Assembly: GCA_965287045.1 (NCBI GenBank)
Contig: OZ336877.1
Span: forward strand, 63,798,001 to 63,862,000
Source of the DNA: Carcharhinus amblyrhynchos
Lineage: Eukaryota
Reading direction: 5' to 3'
Length of the DNA stretch: 64,000 nt
Shown: piece after piece, positions 62,413-64,000 of the stretch
Layout: each line of letters opens with the position of its first letter
How positions within the stretch are numbered: the first letter of the stretch is position 1
The notes under the pieces: model-generated
Told to the model about the DNA's origin: nothing
What the model saw: the letters and a program-made list of their open reading frames with translations, nothing else
The model's database searches: none
Position numbers and translations under genes: made by a program

Positions 62413-64000
62413 GTTAGTGGTCAGCAGTTACACATAAAGCCAGAACCACAGCTTCACATTTTAGATGGCGGTCAAGGGGTTATTGTTACATGCTTAGTTT
62501 TTTTGTTGTTGTTCCTGGTTGCATTAGATCTCAGCAAAATGTGGGAAAAGTTATGTTTTGATCTTTCTATATCTTGGAATATAGTTGCAAAACAAGTTTT
62601 AATAATTTCTGAAACAATTAGGTGAATAGTGATTGATACAACCGAATATCATTGTAAAGCGATGTTTATGCTAGGGTTGCCCACTCTGCAGGAATTTCTT
62701 GAACTTTCCAGGACTTAAGTATTAACTCCAGGGAAGCAGCTTAAAAATCACAGAGGCATTTTATTTGAGCATGTTTGTTTGTTGCCAATATATTGGAGAA
62801 GGGAAACTGGCTGTTGGATTGGGCAGGGCAATTGACCATGAGAAGTCATGTGATGAAACCTGCTGAGCGATGTCTAACCAGAGTTGGCAACCCTAGTATG
62901 AGTATGTGCATGTTACATTTGCTTACACTCCCTGTCAACTTCAGTTGTTCATACTTTTAATGGAAACTGCCCATGCTTAACATCCTGTAATTACACCCTC
63001 TTGTCAGCATTACAAGCTTCCATTATAAATCCAGACACAGAAATTTATCATGGAACTACAGTATGAAAACAAGGACAAAATGTATTGCTGGGAATTTAAT
63101 TGGAGTTTCTCTTGATTGGCTGCCTTGGTTCCATCTGGAGATAAATGAAAACCCTGGTTAGATTAATTATCTGGGGTATCCATCCATCTTTTTACCTAAG
63201 CTACGACAGCTGAAATTATAAGCACCTGAGTATAAAATGTGTACTGAATTATCTTTCCACACCCTAGTCCAATTATCTGTAGATGACTTGGTCTTGAATC
63301 TATTTATACAATACCCGCACATAGGTAGACACAAGCATGTGGAAGGCTGGTGGTGAATCGTGACTTCCTGTGGTTATTCATGGCACATCCACATTCAGTC
63401 CCAAAACAACAGAAGTAATCATGCACGCCTATAGTGCACACTCAGATAAACATTTATATTTGTGATATATCGTATACATTGTTTCCTCATTCAGTATATT
63501 CTTCATTTTACAGATAGTCTAGCCAACTGAGAAAAATGAAGCAATCTCTTTTTTGGAGGAGGAGGGATAAAATTTGTCTTGGGCAATGATATAAAATGGG
63601 CAACAAACCTATCAACAGCCTGATTTACACAACACCAAAATTTATTTTTCACTGAATTCAGGTGCAGGATATTGGTGCCCAAAATTAACATTTGTCATGC
63701 TCCCTCTCCTTGAAACAGGTCCAACAAGATCCAAATTCTCCCCTTAGGTTTTATTAATGTTTAACAGCCTTGCTGACCTTACAGAGGCACATAAATTTTA
63801 GGAAAAGGAAAAATCAAACTGTGAGAACAGAATATTGAGGTTCACAAGTTGAACCTAGCAAAATGCAATTTAGGATTAGTTGGAAGACCTTCCTCTACAC
63901 AATGATCTTAGATGGAACAATCTACTAGACAGAACAGATGGAAATGCAAACTTCAGAATCGTTTAAGAACCAATTGGAGAGAACAATGGAGGGACTGGAG

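Noticed and set aside
1-64000. CRISPR arrays, operons or prokaryotic defence systems
   Set aside because: The sequence is eukaryotic intron/exon DNA and no regular repeat-spacer array was seen.

Overview
Vertebrate genomic DNA, almost certainly a shark (inferred from V-SINE/HE1-like SINEs, DeuSINE/SacSINE1-like SINEs and abundant CR1 LINEs). The window covers the middle and 3' part of the TOX gene (thymocyte selection-associated HMG box) on the + strand. Five coding exons with canonical AG/GT boundaries are present, equivalent to human exons 4-8: 18196-18474, 26252-26482, 54769-54849, 55764-56168 and 62267-62412. Exons 1-3 lie upstream and I could not find the terminal exon in the window. The introns are dense with transposable elements: one near-full-length but disabled CR1 LINE (about 46230-50405), many truncated and nested CR1 copies, several SINE families, Penelope-like remnants with hammerhead ribozyme motifs, a Tx1-like fragment with a 16-bp target-site duplication, RTE-X and L2 remnants, and ~200-bp MITEs with 3-bp TSDs. 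There is a 132-N assembly gap at 43286-43417. The most notable observations are: paired minimal hammerhead ribozymes in a long inverted repeat (7232-7448); an in-frame U_UUA_AAC slippery heptamer plus G-tracts at the CR1 ORF1/ORF2 junction; two locally templated insertions; and inverted repeats flanking phase-0 exons. I see no convincing novel protein-coding system; most small ORFs are transposon debris. Repeat boundaries were read by eye and are approximate unless a TSD is given, and family names are recalled from known consensus motifs, not from database searches.
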